63,863 nucleotides of DNA, filler included, from Globobulimina sp. (GCA_003354225.1; 25 parts of 25 records of this genome joined end to end with filler, not necessarily neighbours in it); one strand, 5' to 3'; positions 47,145-59,208 are shown, counted from the first letter of the whole stretch. Notes: generated by a model from the sequence alone, not told the origin. Numbers and translations: made by a program.

Positions 47145-48209
47145 TTAGATTGCTATCTGTTTGACAAATACATATTTCTTCCTTCCAACCATACTCGCAA
47201 ACCACACTCTGTAACAGCACGACATGAACAACACGGACCAACACCAAAACCACCCACTACTCAGACAGTACGGAGTAACACCGGGTTGCATCTCCGCCAA
47301 TAACTTGGTTTTCATGCCATGAATGGTGAATTTCTCGGAAAAATCTTGATAGCTATCTCTATCATTCATGCTTTTAAAACTTGCCAACTCACTGCAATAA
47401 AATCGCTGTGTTTCGGCGTTTGCAAAACAATACGCTTTATCGCATGTTATCTTCGTCAATTTATGATCGTGAATGGAATGCCATGGCTCAGAAACGTCTG
47501 TCCACGCCGCAAAATTGAAATCTTTGTATGCGCTGTGCGTATTTACCCGAACCGTTTCTGTTTTTAGCTGCGAGCGTGTTTCCCCATTGCTGTCCGTGAA
47601 CGTATCGATATAACTCCTTGTTTCATAATGATAACATTGCACATTCCACGCAATGGCCGGCGGAGTTTCTCTCGTTTTTGTCACAATTAAAGCAACGGTT
47701 TCTTGATCATGCAAGTTTTTCAAATATTTTCTCGATGAAGAACAGCAACATTCGATGATGTACAATAAATAGCAAATATACAATGCCATCATTGTGCCAA
47801 ACATGTACTTTTCATGTGATTCTCGTTTATGATATGAAGCCATTCCATAATGGTGATATGCATCAGGTGCATTTATCTGAAATGCGATTAATACGGCGAT
47901 TAAAGTCAGAGATATGATGGTTAGTAGCAAAGATTTAGAATGATGTGATTCTGAGTAACCTTTCCAACATCCTATATCTTCTACGAATGAGTGTGAAGCT
48001 TTTGCAGTGTTATCGATACCGCTGCTGTCAATTTGTAACGATAGTTGTTGTGGTGGAATGTCATTTATTTGGGATAATGGTGGAGCGGACGCTATCACGT
48101 CGGAATATTCTGGTAATTGTTCTTGAATCTCAAAAAGTGCGGGTTTGCTGATCTCGTTTCCTATGGTTTCTGCGCCATACTGAGAGGTTTCTTCGTATCC
48201 TTCTGTCAT
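47145..48209 (-). CDS. TMEM151: TMEM151-like membrane protein
   Basis: YLLYIIEC, PP.I.W.VQCYHYETR, RVNTH, WTDVS, LTKI..K...FA, F...N..D, P.....WFW..SVL...YR.W. Confidence 0.8.
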   Translation of the reverse strand: MTEGYEETSQYGAETIGNEISKPALFEIQEQLPEYSDVIASAPPLSQINDIPPQQLSLQIDSSGIDNTAKASHSFVEDIGCWKGYSESHHSKSLLLTIISLTLIAVLIAFQINAPDAYHHYGMASYHKRESHEKYMFGTMMALYICYLLYIIECCCSSSRKYLKNLHDQETVALIVTKTRETPPAIAWNVQCYHYETRSYIDTFTDSNGETRSQLKTETVRVNTHSAYKDFNFAAWTDVSEPWHSIHDHKLTKITCDKAYCFANAETQRFYCSELASFKSMNDRDSYQDFSEKFTIHGMKTKLLAEMQPGVTPYCLSSGWFWCWSVLFMSCCYRVWFASMVGRKKYVFVKQIAI

Positions 48210-48420
48210 ACTAACAAAGACTAGTAAACACTTTTGAAAACAATCCGCATCGCCGCACAATTTAAGCACAGCTGCAGTTAGTCAAAAACGGATAACAATT
48301 TTTTAGATAATTGGCATCGTCAAAATTAACATTGGATACCACAAGCAAAAAAAAAAAGCAATTTAGGTATCTTGGATCATCCATCAGACACTGAGATTTT
48401 TGTTGCGGTCTTTGCCGGCT

Positions 48421-48483
48421 GTCATTATGTCTTTCCATAAAGTCATTGTGTCTTTCCACAACGCCAATGTATCTTTCTACAAT
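48421..48483. repeat. Three degenerate 21-bp tandem repeats
   Basis: gtcattatgtctttccataaa / gtcattgtgtctttccacaac / gccaatgtatctttctacaat. Confidence 0.65.
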
Positions 48484-48621
48484 CTGTCATTAGACATTGT
48501 GCATTTAAGTGAATTGAAANNNNNNNNNNNNNNNNNNNNNNNNNNNNNNNNNNNNNNNNNNNNTTAATTAATTAANNNNNNNNNNNNNNNNNNNNNNNNN
48601 NNNNNNNNNNNNNNNNNNNTC

Positions 48622-50880
48622 CAATTCACAAACCAGTTCGAGTCGCCAGACACAGCCAAAATCCTTCAATCCTGCCGCATTGCACGCAATCCATTAAAAC
48701 GTAGATTCACTCGTTCGGCGATATTTGATAATAATGTACCATGCGCCAAAACGACTAAATTGTATTCAATCCAGAACCCCGGCGATAGAAAGACGTTGGC
48801 CTATGTCCAAGGCATTGATACTGTCCCTGTCTCTGCAGCTACCATCAATATTAAATGCACCTCCGTCGTGGTCCCGGATACTGTCACATCATTTCGTGAT
48901 TTTGATGATATGAAATTTGATTTTAGTCAAAAGAAATTAGATACGGAACGGCATCGCGCTGTCACCAAAACCAGAGCGTACGTTGAAGATACTAGGAGGG
49001 ACCGAATGATCCAAAAATATTATCACAGCCAAAATGTCCGGACCGACAAAAGGATGGCTGCCGCGCTCGTACATCACCAGAACATCAATGCGATATATAA
49101 CGTCCGCATAGTATTTGGCAGAGTATTCATGAATGACCGCATTGCAGATCGCTTAGAAATTTATAAAGCAGACGACTTTGCTGCATCCCTCAATGAAGCA
49201 AATGTCATCAAAACCAGAGAACAGACATTGCCCTCGGTCTCCCCGCTCACAGTGCTCTTCAGATCCTCCTCTTATTCGTATTATTACGCAAATAAATCGT
49301 TCTATAACTCCTTGGATAGAATCGATGGTGACACACAAGGTATACTTACATACGTTAGCGAGTTACACGGCAATGTTTCAAAAACGGGCGCTGGTTTCAA
49401 TTATGTGGCGAAAGACAGACAACTCTTAGAATACATTGACAATGTCATCAATGAGCCATTACCCATTTCATACGAGGTCAAATTCAATAATTACCCATTA
49501 AATATCACCATCGCTGATAATATTGCCGTATATGGTGATGGTGACTATTATGCGCATGCCCCCGGATGTAATTCGTTTGCATTTCCAGTGAAGAAAAATG
49601 GCGTTTTCTATGGCTGCCGCAATAAAATCAAACGTATATTCAATATGGCGGTATTAGATAATATGGACACAGTCAACAGATACCAGGCACGCTCCATTGA
49701 CTTGACATACATTTGGGACGTTTTAGGGTACCATATCTCTGACCCGTTATGCCTAAAATTGACATTAATGAAATGCGATCCAATGAAGATCAAAGCGTGG
49801 TATTGCTCCACCAAACACTCGCTATTACGTGGAAATGCACTGGATTTATATCATTTATCGCCGTATTTAAATCGCAAAGAAGTGGAACATATCCTGAAAA
49901 ATGTGGCGCCGACGGAGACTGATATACATGTAATAAATTACGCCCATCCTTACCAAATGCATTCATACCACGATACCTTTAAATTTCAGTTCAAAAACAC
50001 TCCGCGTTATCTATTGACTGGTGTTCCCAAAACGGACCTGGACAATGACTCCCATTTCTATGCCAATATCGCGTTAGGTTCAAATTCATTCGTTGTGGGC
50101 GGCACAGTGGTCCATATTACCGAAACGTACAAAGAAGATATCATCGCAATGTCGACAATGCATAACCAATTAGCGAAGAAATGTGTATTTTGCCCGTCCT
50201 TCTTTTGCCAGAATCCAAACCAATGCGAATCGTATGTGGCGAAAGTTAATGAGTTAAAAACAAAAATTGAGACCGATATGACGCGAGACGGCAAGAATAA
50301 TGATGCAATCACAGCCTCCCTCAATAAAATACACAGTGTCTCCATTCAGTCGAAATGCGGACACTTATCCTCGAAATGTAAAGGCTGCGCCGCTGTGAGA
50401 CCCCAATTAGAAGATGGCTTTAAAGGCATTCCCGGTTTGGGCAACGCTCCGAGCGAACATACATTAATTACATATTATCATTCCTTCGCATTATCCCGCA
50501 TTAAGGACATTGCCGTCAATGAAATCCCGGTCGTTTGGGAGGAGATGAGCACAACGGACCAATTGGGACTCACATTCCACAGAGATATCACTGCCAAATT
50601 CCTACATAATGACGTCGGCAACCTACTGTTCCACAAAGTATTAACTATGGCCAACGGCGACTTGGTGATCAATGACAATGCGTTGGAGGCCCTTATTATG
50701 AAACAAAAAGAAGGTGTTACGATACGTACACGTAACAAAGTGGTGAAACAATATGCCGTTACATCGGATAATGAGTCACTCGCAGACCAGGACGATGACG
50801 CAATATCTGCCAACACCAACAAAAACAACACCAATAATAATGCCAATCATGACGAATATGATTTTAACACTGAGCTCTAA
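48622..50880 (+). CDS. Large intronless ORFan (>750 codons, 5' truncated), possibly viral
   Basis: The frame is open from the contig start to TAA 50880. It has Cys clusters CVFCPSFFCQNPNQC and CGHLSSKCKGC, and no recognised family motif. Confidence 0.8.
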   Translation, partial: QFTNQFESPDTAKILQSCRIARNPLKRRFTRSAIFDNNVPCAKTTKLYSIQNPGDRKTLAYVQGIDTVPVSAATINIKCTSVVVPDTVTSFRDFDDMKFDFSQKKLDTERHRAVTKTRAYVEDTRRDRMIQKYYHSQNVRTDKRMAAALVHHQNINAIYNVRIVFGRVFMNDRIADRLEIYKADDFAASLNEANVIKTREQTLPSVSPLTVLFRSSSYSYYYANKSFYNSLDRIDGDTQGILTYVSELHGNVSKTGAGFNYVAKDRQLLEYIDNVINEPLPISYEVKFNNYPLNITIADNIAVYGDGDYYAHAPGCNSFAFPVKKNGVFYGCRNKIKRIFNMAVLDNMDTVNRYQARSIDLTYIWDVLGYHISDPLCLKLTLMKCDPMKIKAWYCSTKHSLLRGNALDLYHLSPYLNRKEVEHILKNVAPTETDIHVINYAHPYQMHSYHDTFKFQFKNTPRYLLTGVPKTDLDNDSHFYANIALGSNSFVVGGTVVHITETYKEDIIAMSTMHNQLAKKCVFCPSFFCQNPNQCESYVAKVNELKTKIETDMTRDGKNNDAITASLNKIHSVSIQSKCGHLSSKCKGCAAVRPQLEDGFKGIPGLGNAPSEHTLITYYHSFALSRIKDIAVNEIPVVWEEMSTTDQLGLTFHRDITAKFLHNDVGNLLFHKVLTMANGDLVINDNALEALIMKQKEGVTIRTRNKVVKQYAVTSDNESLADQDDDAISANTNKNNTNNNANHDEYDFNTEL

Positions 50881-51177
50881 TCGCCGTGTTCAGCTCGACC
50901 AACAATGGCTGTGTCAGCCCAATCGTCATAAATCTGTCCAATTTACTTCCACACCCAATATCTACCTTTGTTTTTTCTTCCTATTTATCTGTACCACCCA
51001 TAAAAATTGCCGTCATCAACCACCTTAGCTCTCTTTTTTCTGTTTTATTTTTATTAAATTCACCTTATTTTTTCTTANNNNNNNNNNNNNNNNNNNNNNN
51101 NNNNNNNNNNNNNNNNNNNNNTTAATTAATTAANNNNNNNNNNNNNNNNNNNNNNNNNNNNNNNNNNNNNNNNNNNN

Positions 51178-51941
51178 TCAGTTACGCTTTCATACCCGAT
51201 TTCATTTGCTTTTTCAAACATTGTTCTGAATTGGGATACTTTGTCATACAATCCATCACTACATAATATCAAAAATTTATCATTTTCGCTCCATTCATAT
51301 TGAATAACATCAGGTGTTGTCATAAATATGCCATTATTGTTGGGATGTTGCTTGATGTGGCCATTGCCAATGCATCTCGTCATAGCCACTCCATAGCTGT
51401 ATCCATACCAAATAGGTAAGTTACCAAATCTATCTTGATTTAGTTGTCCTGCCGCTCTTAACCTGTCATATTCAATTTTATTGCATTTTGGATGATGATC
51501 AACAGTCAATTGGTTAATTAAATTGCTTTTATCAATGGTCAGACAGCGAGAATCGCCGACATGTGATATAATGATTTTGTTCGTTTCATGATCAATTAAA
51601 CAAATACACGCCGTAGAACCTGAACCATGTAACCGGTACAAATGAATTACATTTTTTGATTCAAGCACCTTATCATCCATTTGTTGCATTGTATTTTCAA
51701 ATACTTGTCGAATATTTGAACATTTTTGCATATTGTTTGCTAGATATTGCTCTATATTATTCGACAGAAATTCTGAACATTTATATCCGTAATGACCATC
51801 AAATACGCAAAATAGCGAATGTCGCCCTGATGTTGTTAATGAATTATTTACATGGAAATTATTATTATGAACAATATAATCTTCCATTTTACGTCGTTTC
51901 CCTTGTTGCATATCATATCCATAGCACATTACTTTGTACAT
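51178..51941 (-). CDS. Protein phosphatase 2C (3' truncated; start uncertain)
   Basis: GKRRKMED, VFDGHYG, GSTAC, HVGDSR, LTVDHHP, TRCIG, FLILCSDGLYD. Confidence 0.92.
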
Positions 51942-52165
51942 TACTGCAGAAATGATGACATTGTGTTAATATCATTTTGTTTTGATTCATTGTTGATCCT
52001 ATATTTACAGAAATTTTAGGAACTTTCAAGCAAGCCATTGTTGTCAAGTGAAGTAGGTTTTTCAATTTGTAAGTCACTGACTCAGTAAAAATTAACTAGA
52101 TTGAAATCTACGTAAATACCAACCAATTCTAAAATAGAGACTTATTAAGTTATCAACTTCAACAG

Positions 52166-53635
52166 TCAGGTTTTCCGCTCATACGATTCAAGCACACATG
52201 TTTTCCGCTCATACGATGCAAGTATTTTCTGTCTATCAATATCTGATTTGTAAAATATAGACAACACAAATGAAACCGCAGAACATGACGCTATAAATAT
52301 GCAATACCCAGTCCATCCATTAAATAATTGAACATAAAACTGTGTGCAAACCACAACCAATAAAGATGTGGGTGCTTCACACCACACAAATAAGCCAACA
52401 ATACTCCCCGTATATTTCGCACCAAATGTCTCCGCAATACAAGTCGGTAAAAAAGCATATTGACAGCCAACACAAATCCATACAACAAATATCCAGATTG
52501 CAAACAGTATTTTTGCATCACTGCCCGCCCATAAATGTATCATTGGCATAGTTCCAATGGCAATGGCGACGATAGCCGTCATTGCACCCATTGAAATTTG
52601 AAAAGATTTATTAAAATCATAAATAAATCCCCAGCCAAAGCGGCCAATCCCATTCATCAAAGCAGACAGACTGCCAATTAGAGCTAAATATTGATCAGAA
52701 TCAATTTGTAAACTTAACATCGCAAATTCTTTCCATTCCGCAGCAACCCACATCAATACGAACGAATATAGGAAATTATTGATCCACAGCGACCAAAATG
52801 TTGCCAATTTCAATGTCATTTTCATATCCAATGAATGCATCTCATATTCTGTTTGTTCGCGACTGATATGTGCTTCATCAGAATCCGTAATCTTGCTTTT
52901 CTGCTGTATTTCAGGTACATACCATGGCGGATTCACCACCATACTTAAAGCAATTAGTTGCATTACGATTTGCATGCAAGCAATGTATAGGAACATATAG
53001 GGAATGCGGTTGATAATTTGCGGGGAATTTGCGTATCCCAGCTCTGGATCTATGAGCACCGCGTTTGGATTCACAATATAAGTTTGGATGTAATCCCATA
53101 ACAAAGGACTGCCGCCAAAAACACCCGATATTATTCCACAAGTTCGGGCGCGAACTTTCGGAAACCTTTTTTGTTTTATTTTGCATTTGCAACAGGAAAT
53201 ATAATGTACAAATATAAAATTAAGAGTTTTTGTACCATCGCATACAGACAATGGTTAGAATGGGATATCCCAAACCAACGCCAAAGCCAAATAAAACGCC
53301 ATACGTTAATAATACGAGATATATATTGTGTAATAATAAAGCAATAAAAGTTCCGCCAAAACCAAGGGTTACGAAAACAGAGGAGATGATGATTGATATT
53401 TTGGGACCAAAATAAATCTCCAATTTGCCACCTAATAAGACACCGAATGTCAAAGCTGTAAATAGTAAAAACAAGGACCAGTTTGTGAATGAATAATAGT
53501 GATTATATATGTTTGCAGTTAATACTGTCGCTGAGGATTCGTAATATGTGATATAAGAGGCAATATACGGTATTACGTTGCCGTATGTCCATAGCATGCC
53601 CAGTGAGATTTGGAACAATAAACCAAATATTAATA
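52166..53635 (-). CDS. MFS transporter, oxalate:formate antiporter-like (5' truncated, one intron near 53167-53235)
   Basis: About 12 TM helices, TYGNV.PY..SY, YGVLFGFGVGLGY, CMR|WFP, NGIGRFGWG..YD, P.....FG.K. Confidence 0.88.
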
Positions 53636-54061
53636 NNNNNNNNNNNNNNNNNNNNNNNNNNNNNNNNNNNNNNNNNNNNTTAATTAATTAANNNNNNNNN
53701 NNNNNNNNNNNNNNNNNNNNNNNNNNNNNNNNNNNTCCATTTTATCTGCATCTTTGATTATGTTTTTGTATTTCGAGATTTTAAATGAAATGAATGGTAC
53801 AAAAAAAGCATCCATATCAGCTCCAGTAATATCAAACATTAAACTGAATTTCAACGATACGTATATATTCGAATTAAGTTACATAATTCGAATTAAAAAC
53901 TGTTATTCCGTCAAATTCCGCCATATTTAAAAAAATGGACCTGCAGGTTTGGATAATTGTTTTATTAATGATTTAAATGTTATTCCTTTTACAAGTTGCG
54001 AAGTCATGATCAATTATGATAGCAATAATGAAAAACTGTAACAAAAACACAACTTTACAGC

Positions 54062-55852
54062 ATGTTTACAGTATGTCGCAATGTTTCGAACTTTGTCAGA
54101 CAAATCAAATCACATTGTCACTATCAATACTTTTCTTCTCTTGCGACGCAATCTAAATTGAATCAATCTTGGTTGGAAAGTGTAACAGCACACAAGAACA
54201 ATATAGCTGTCATCCAAGACAACCACCAGATTACCTACGATGAGTTGAATGAGCGAATAAATTCCATTTGTTACATGTTTCAGAATGTGTATTCTTTGAA
54301 ACGCGGTGATAGAATAATGCATATATCGGGCATCAGAATGGATGATATTTCCATATTTATGGCATGCGCTAAATTAGGACTAATATTCCTAGCAATGAAT
54401 CCTTTATTTACTCCAAAACAATTCTCCCATTTAGCACAGACAGCCAATCCATCACTGATTATCACTGAACCACAATTTCTTAACAATATTGAATATATTG
54501 ATCCTGACATACATCGTATTATTTTAACTGACGATTTTAATCCAAATCAATGGATTTCCCAACAATATTATCCAATAAGTTCAGTTGCCACATCCGAACA
54601 AGTACAAACAACGCAAGATACTGATCCATTTCATGTAGTATTCACTTCGGGGACCACAGGAACACCAAAAGGCTGTACATATTCACATAATACAATATAT
54701 CATGGCGCAGACACAGTTCATTGTAAATTCGTTGGCAAAACCACACCAAACAAAGATTCAACTTTGTCACTGGTGCCATTGCTCGGCGCTGTGTCAATTA
54801 TTCAGAGATACAGTGTATTGTTGGAAGGCAGCACCATAATATATCCAAATAAAAAGCATGCAAAGAGCATAAGTCATGTTTATGATTTATGTGAAAATAA
54901 ACATCCTTCAATTTCCAGGGTAACATTATTTGGTCGATCGTTAAGTGATTTATATCATTTAAACAAACAGTTTACGCAAATGGAGGCAGTATTGTATAGC
55001 GGTGATTTCATTCCATTTAAAACAGTGGCTCATGTCAAGAAATATCTGTTTCCAAAACATTCAAAATTTGTGAATGGCTATGGATGCTCCGAAGGTTCGT
55101 TTTAATTTTTTGTGAGCTTTGATAAAATTGATATAAATTGATAGAGTATGATCAACATTTGAATTCATATCAATTTTATAAACATGTCTGAAGCTGTTTG
55201 GATATCCTCGCTCGATCCACTGATTTTGGATGAATTAATTGAGAATTTTGATTCTAATACGAAGGTGAATGTACCTGCGGGCACACCAATTAACGATAAA
55301 ATATTGATTGAAATCGCAGAAGATGGCGAGGTTGTGGTTAAAAAAAAAGATAATTCGGCAATGATTGGATATTTGGAGAATCCGGAGTTGACAAAACAAA
55401 TTATAACCGACGATGGTTGGCTATATACGGGCGATTTAGGCTATTTTGGTGAAGATGGATTGTTGTATTTATTGGGAAGGAAGAAAGATATAATTAAGTT
55501 AGATTCGGGCAGATTTATGGTACCAATTGATATGGAAAATATTTTGTTGCAACATGAGAAAGTGGATGAAGTCGCAGTTGTGGGATGCCCAAATATTTTG
55601 ATTGACGACTCGTTATCAGGAGAGGTACCCGTTGCTTTTGTAGCGTTAACAAAGGATATTGCTGCGGACATTGATGGTGTGGATACTGTAAAACAAGATT
55701 TGTTTAAATTGTGTTATGAATCAATGGGTGATCCGGATTATCAAATAAAAGAAATATTTTTTGTTGAGAGTTTGCCTAAAACTCCAAATAGAAAGTTGTC
55801 AAAAAAGACTTTGCGTGAAATGCTTCAAAATGGTGATTTTAAAGTCTCATAA
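54062..55852 (+). CDS. AMP-dependent acyl-CoA synthetase/ligase with a probable mitochondrial presequence, intron 55095-55193
   Basis: FTSGTTGTPKG, NGYGCSE|A, GYLENPELT, GWLYTGDLG, GRKKDIIK, EVAVVG, LPKTPNRKL. Confidence 0.92.
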
Positions 55853-56292
55853 ATTGTATAATACATGACCTAAATGTACACAATAAACGTTTATATTTAT
55901 ATTGGCACAAAAACGCAAATATCACAGATATCTTTGCAGAAAAACCATAATATCCTATTAATAATACTTATTTGAAACATATTATGATATAAGATGTCAT
56001 TGTATTATATACACAGAATCAAAGGATGCCATTGTATTATATATGGGCCGTTTAACAAGGCATTATGATGCTGGTGCATTTCTAACTGCCCATATTGATA
56101 ATCTTCCACCACAAATTGGTCGTCCACCACAAATTGCTCTTGATGTCGGTGATAATAGTCCCTGTGCTTCATTTCATATTGATAAATATCACNNNNNNNN
56201 NNNNNNNNNNNNNNNNNNNNNNNNNNNNNNNNNNNNTTAATTAATTAANNNNNNNNNNNNNNNNNNNNNNNNNNNNNNNNNNNNNNNNNNNN

Positions 56293-56984
56293 TCTTCACT
56301 GTCATCATCCGGCTCCAGGGATAAATCAAGATCAAAATCATCCAGCTCTCCATCTGACACGGCAACTTCATCTTCTTCGGAATCATCCGGATCTAAAGAC
56401 AGATCAAAATCTAGGTCATCCGAGTCATCCTCTATTGCTAACGGTTCATCTTCATCAGAGTCCATTTCTTCTTTCATACACTGCTTTTTATTATGTTCAT
56501 TCGAGTCAGTTTTTGTTGATAATATGTCGGTTTCTGCACTGATATTATTACCCTCTGCAATGTCAGAATGAGGCAATGAACCATTGGATATATTTTTGTT
56601 TCTGTCCAATTCATCGCGTTGAGATTTTAATCTCTTTAATACAACTTCGTTGAGGGCGTCTTTCTCGGTTTGACAGACATTGCATTGTAAGGACATGCTC
56701 GGATTCATAAATGTGCATAACAAGCATTGCCAGCTTGTATCAGTGTCATTGTTTGAATCTGAAGTGTCAATTCTTTGTCGTTTGGTCGGTGGTGTCGTGG
56801 CTGAGGAGTTACTGTTACATACACCCCATCGATCAATGCATTTTTGAGAGCAAGCATGGAAAGGCGAAGCTTCTGCGTCTGGACAAGTGTCGCGTTTTCG
56901 TTTTTTATTTGGTCTCTCTTTGTTACATATTTGACAGATATTAGATCTCGATTTGTTGCTCCAATTACGTAAAGAGGCAATCAA
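56293..56984 (-). CDS. RanBP2-type zinc-finger protein fragment with an acidic repeat
   Basis: WQCLLCTFMNPSMSLQCNVC, NLS-like PNKKRKR and PPTKRQR, and D/E-rich repeats. Confidence 0.7.
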
Positions 56985-57081
56985 AACACCTGAACATTAT
57001 ACATACATTGAAAAATCAACAAAGAGATATATGAATGGAACAAAAATGAAGTTAATCACATAGCAAAACGTATAAAAATCA

Positions 57082-58749
57082 CTATTTTTTCATATCCACT
57101 CTGCACATTGGACACGAGGCCTCGTTGCCTAACCATTCCACGATGCAGTCTTTGTGGAAAGTATGGCCGCACTCTAACTGTCCCATTTCGTCGCCTTTGG
57201 CCAAGTCGTCCATACAAATGGAACACTCCGGCTCCGCGTCTATCTTCTTCAAGATGTCCAATATGCCGCTGCTCACTCTGCGCGCATGGCCTTTAAACTC
57301 GGCCGGAAACGAAATGGACGGTCCCCGCGTGCGATGCCCACCGATCAGATCCTCGTCGCCTCCGTCGTCGCCGTAGTCCACTGATATCTCGATGGAGGCG
57401 GATTGTTCGTGTTGCGGTGCTTTTTGATTGTTGTAATCCCGCAATGCGTTGGGATTGTTGTTGTCCATCAATGCGTTGTGATTGCTGCAGCTGTTTTGCT
57501 GCTGGTATGAGTGTCGTCGATTGTTTTCTGTGTATGTCAGTATGTGGAGGTTGGGAGTGTGTGTTGTGTGTGGTTTTTGGGGGTACAACGTAACGAGGGA
57601 CATAAGGTGCAACTCCTCCTTGTGCCGATACTGCGTATTGTGGTGGTTTTTGATTGCCTCTTCGTTGCTGTGCTCCTGGATTGTAACTATGTCGCCGTGG
57701 GTCTGTGTGTACATATATGCGATTTTGCGAATACAGTATACACTGCAAAGTGCAAGGATGCATATCCTAACACATAGATTTTCTTTCTTCAACTTGAAAC
57801 TTCCAGTTTCAAGTTGAAAATACACAGTTTCAAACTGAATGGATAATAAAATACATTTAGATGCAATTTCAAGGCAAAAAAAATTCAGTTTCAAACTGAA
57901 ACAAAAAAAACCAAAACTCAAATTCCAATGAAATTGATTTTTGCTTAATTCATTTTGAAACTGCGTTTAATTTTTTCTTTGAAAATTACATAAATATCCA
58001 TTCAGTTTCAAACTGAAATTTCTTGACAGTGACAAACTTATTTATGTTATATACCAGGCTGATATGGTGCGATTCCATTGGCAGAGGCCGCATAAGCCGG
58101 CGCTAAGCCATTCATCCCACCACGCGGCGGATTGGCGGAATATCGCCGGTCCGGTATGTGCGGCCTAGGCTGTCCAGAGCCTTCCTGTGCGAGATGCTGT
58201 CGTCGATTTCGTTTTGGTGGCGCTTGTACTTGAATTTCGATGTGGTTATGGTTGCGATTGGGATTGGCCGCCGGCGCGATGCCAGCACGGCCGCCATGGA
58301 CCGGGCCGCCACGGGGACCGCCACGCGGACCGCCTCTGCCTTTGCCATCTGCATAGCCGGCGATCTGCGCATCTTCATTCTGCCGCGCATTGTATTTCTT
58401 TGCTATATTTTCATTGCGCTTTTTTTGAAATCTGCGCTTGACTCTGACGAAGTAATAAATGCACAGCAACAGCAAAGACAGGGAGACTATGACCAAATCG
58501 GCTAAAAATCCATATTGTATTTCGAAATTGCAATCAGTGCCAAACGAGATCCATTCGAAGGTGCCCCACAGAATGAAGATGATGGCGAAGATCAGAGGAT
58601 TCCCGAAAACGCCTTCGAAGCATATCTTGCATTTGGTGGCATGTTTGCCGTTGACGTTATTACCGCAGCATTCCCAACAGGAACACAAGAAAGAGCGACA
58701 CATTCGGAATAGCAATGTGTAGAAAGCGCATAATAGCAAGAAAGGGAAG
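57082..58749 (-). CDS. Multi-TM RING-H2 E3 ubiquitin ligase (5' truncated), introns 57703-58054 and 57528-57594
   Basis: Splicing joins TM ORF 58047-58739 (..APYQP|DPRRHSY..APYVP|QNNRRHSY) to CSICMDD...LECGHTFHKDCIVEWL....CPMCR. Confidence 0.8.
57741..58031. mobile_element. Putative non-autonomous CACTG-terminated (CMC/EnSpm-like) element inside an intron
   Basis: Ends CACTGCAAAG / CTTGACAGTG (8 of 10 inverted), internal repeats of (TT)CAGTTTCAAACTGAA, and a 14-bp perfect hairpin. No TSD seen. Confidence 0.5.
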
Positions 58750-58854
58750 NNNNNNNNNNNNNNNNNNNNNNNNNNNNNNNNNNNNNNNNNNNNTTAATTA
58801 ATTAANNNNNNNNNNNNNNNNNNNNNNNNNNNNNNNNNNNNNNNNNNNNGCTTT

Positions 58855-59208
58855 TTGCCAACAATTCATTATACGCAGCTAATGAAACAAATACAAACAC
58901 TCAAACAGAATAAATCAAACCATGCTCTTCATGACAATGAGACTAAACAACAAGCAGAAATTAATAGTATTTCTGTGCAAAATAAACAAGCATTAGCTGC
59001 CCTTGTACTGACTGGTAAGTTACAAAGAATACGAGACTGTGCGAATGTGCCTGATTTAGATACTTTAAATGAACAAAAACAAGACAGTGAAGTTATAGTA
59101 ACACGAGACTACGAATCAGGTGAAAAGGACGTTACTTCTTTTGTGATTCAGGAATGCATCGTGCAAACGTTAAAAGCATTGAGGGATATCGCACGTTTAA
59201 CCAATTAA
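58855..59208 (+). CDS. C-terminal fragment of a hypothetical protein
   Basis: Open frame from the contig start, with helical composition. Confidence 0.5.
   Translation: MPTIHYTQLMKQIQTLKQNKSNHALHDNETKQQAEINSISVQNKQALAALVLTGKLQRIRDCANVPDLDTLNEQKQDSEVIVTRDYESGEKDVTSFVIQECIVQTLKALRDIARLTN

Noticed and set aside
49525..49550. YGDGD as an RdRp or RNA polymerase catalytic motif
   Set aside because: It matches neither GDD with motifs A/B nor the DxDGD motif of two-barrel polymerases.
57788..58017. CRISPR-like GTTTCAA repeats
   Set aside because: Only 15-17 bp, irregularly spaced, in both orientations, and inside a spliceosomal intron.
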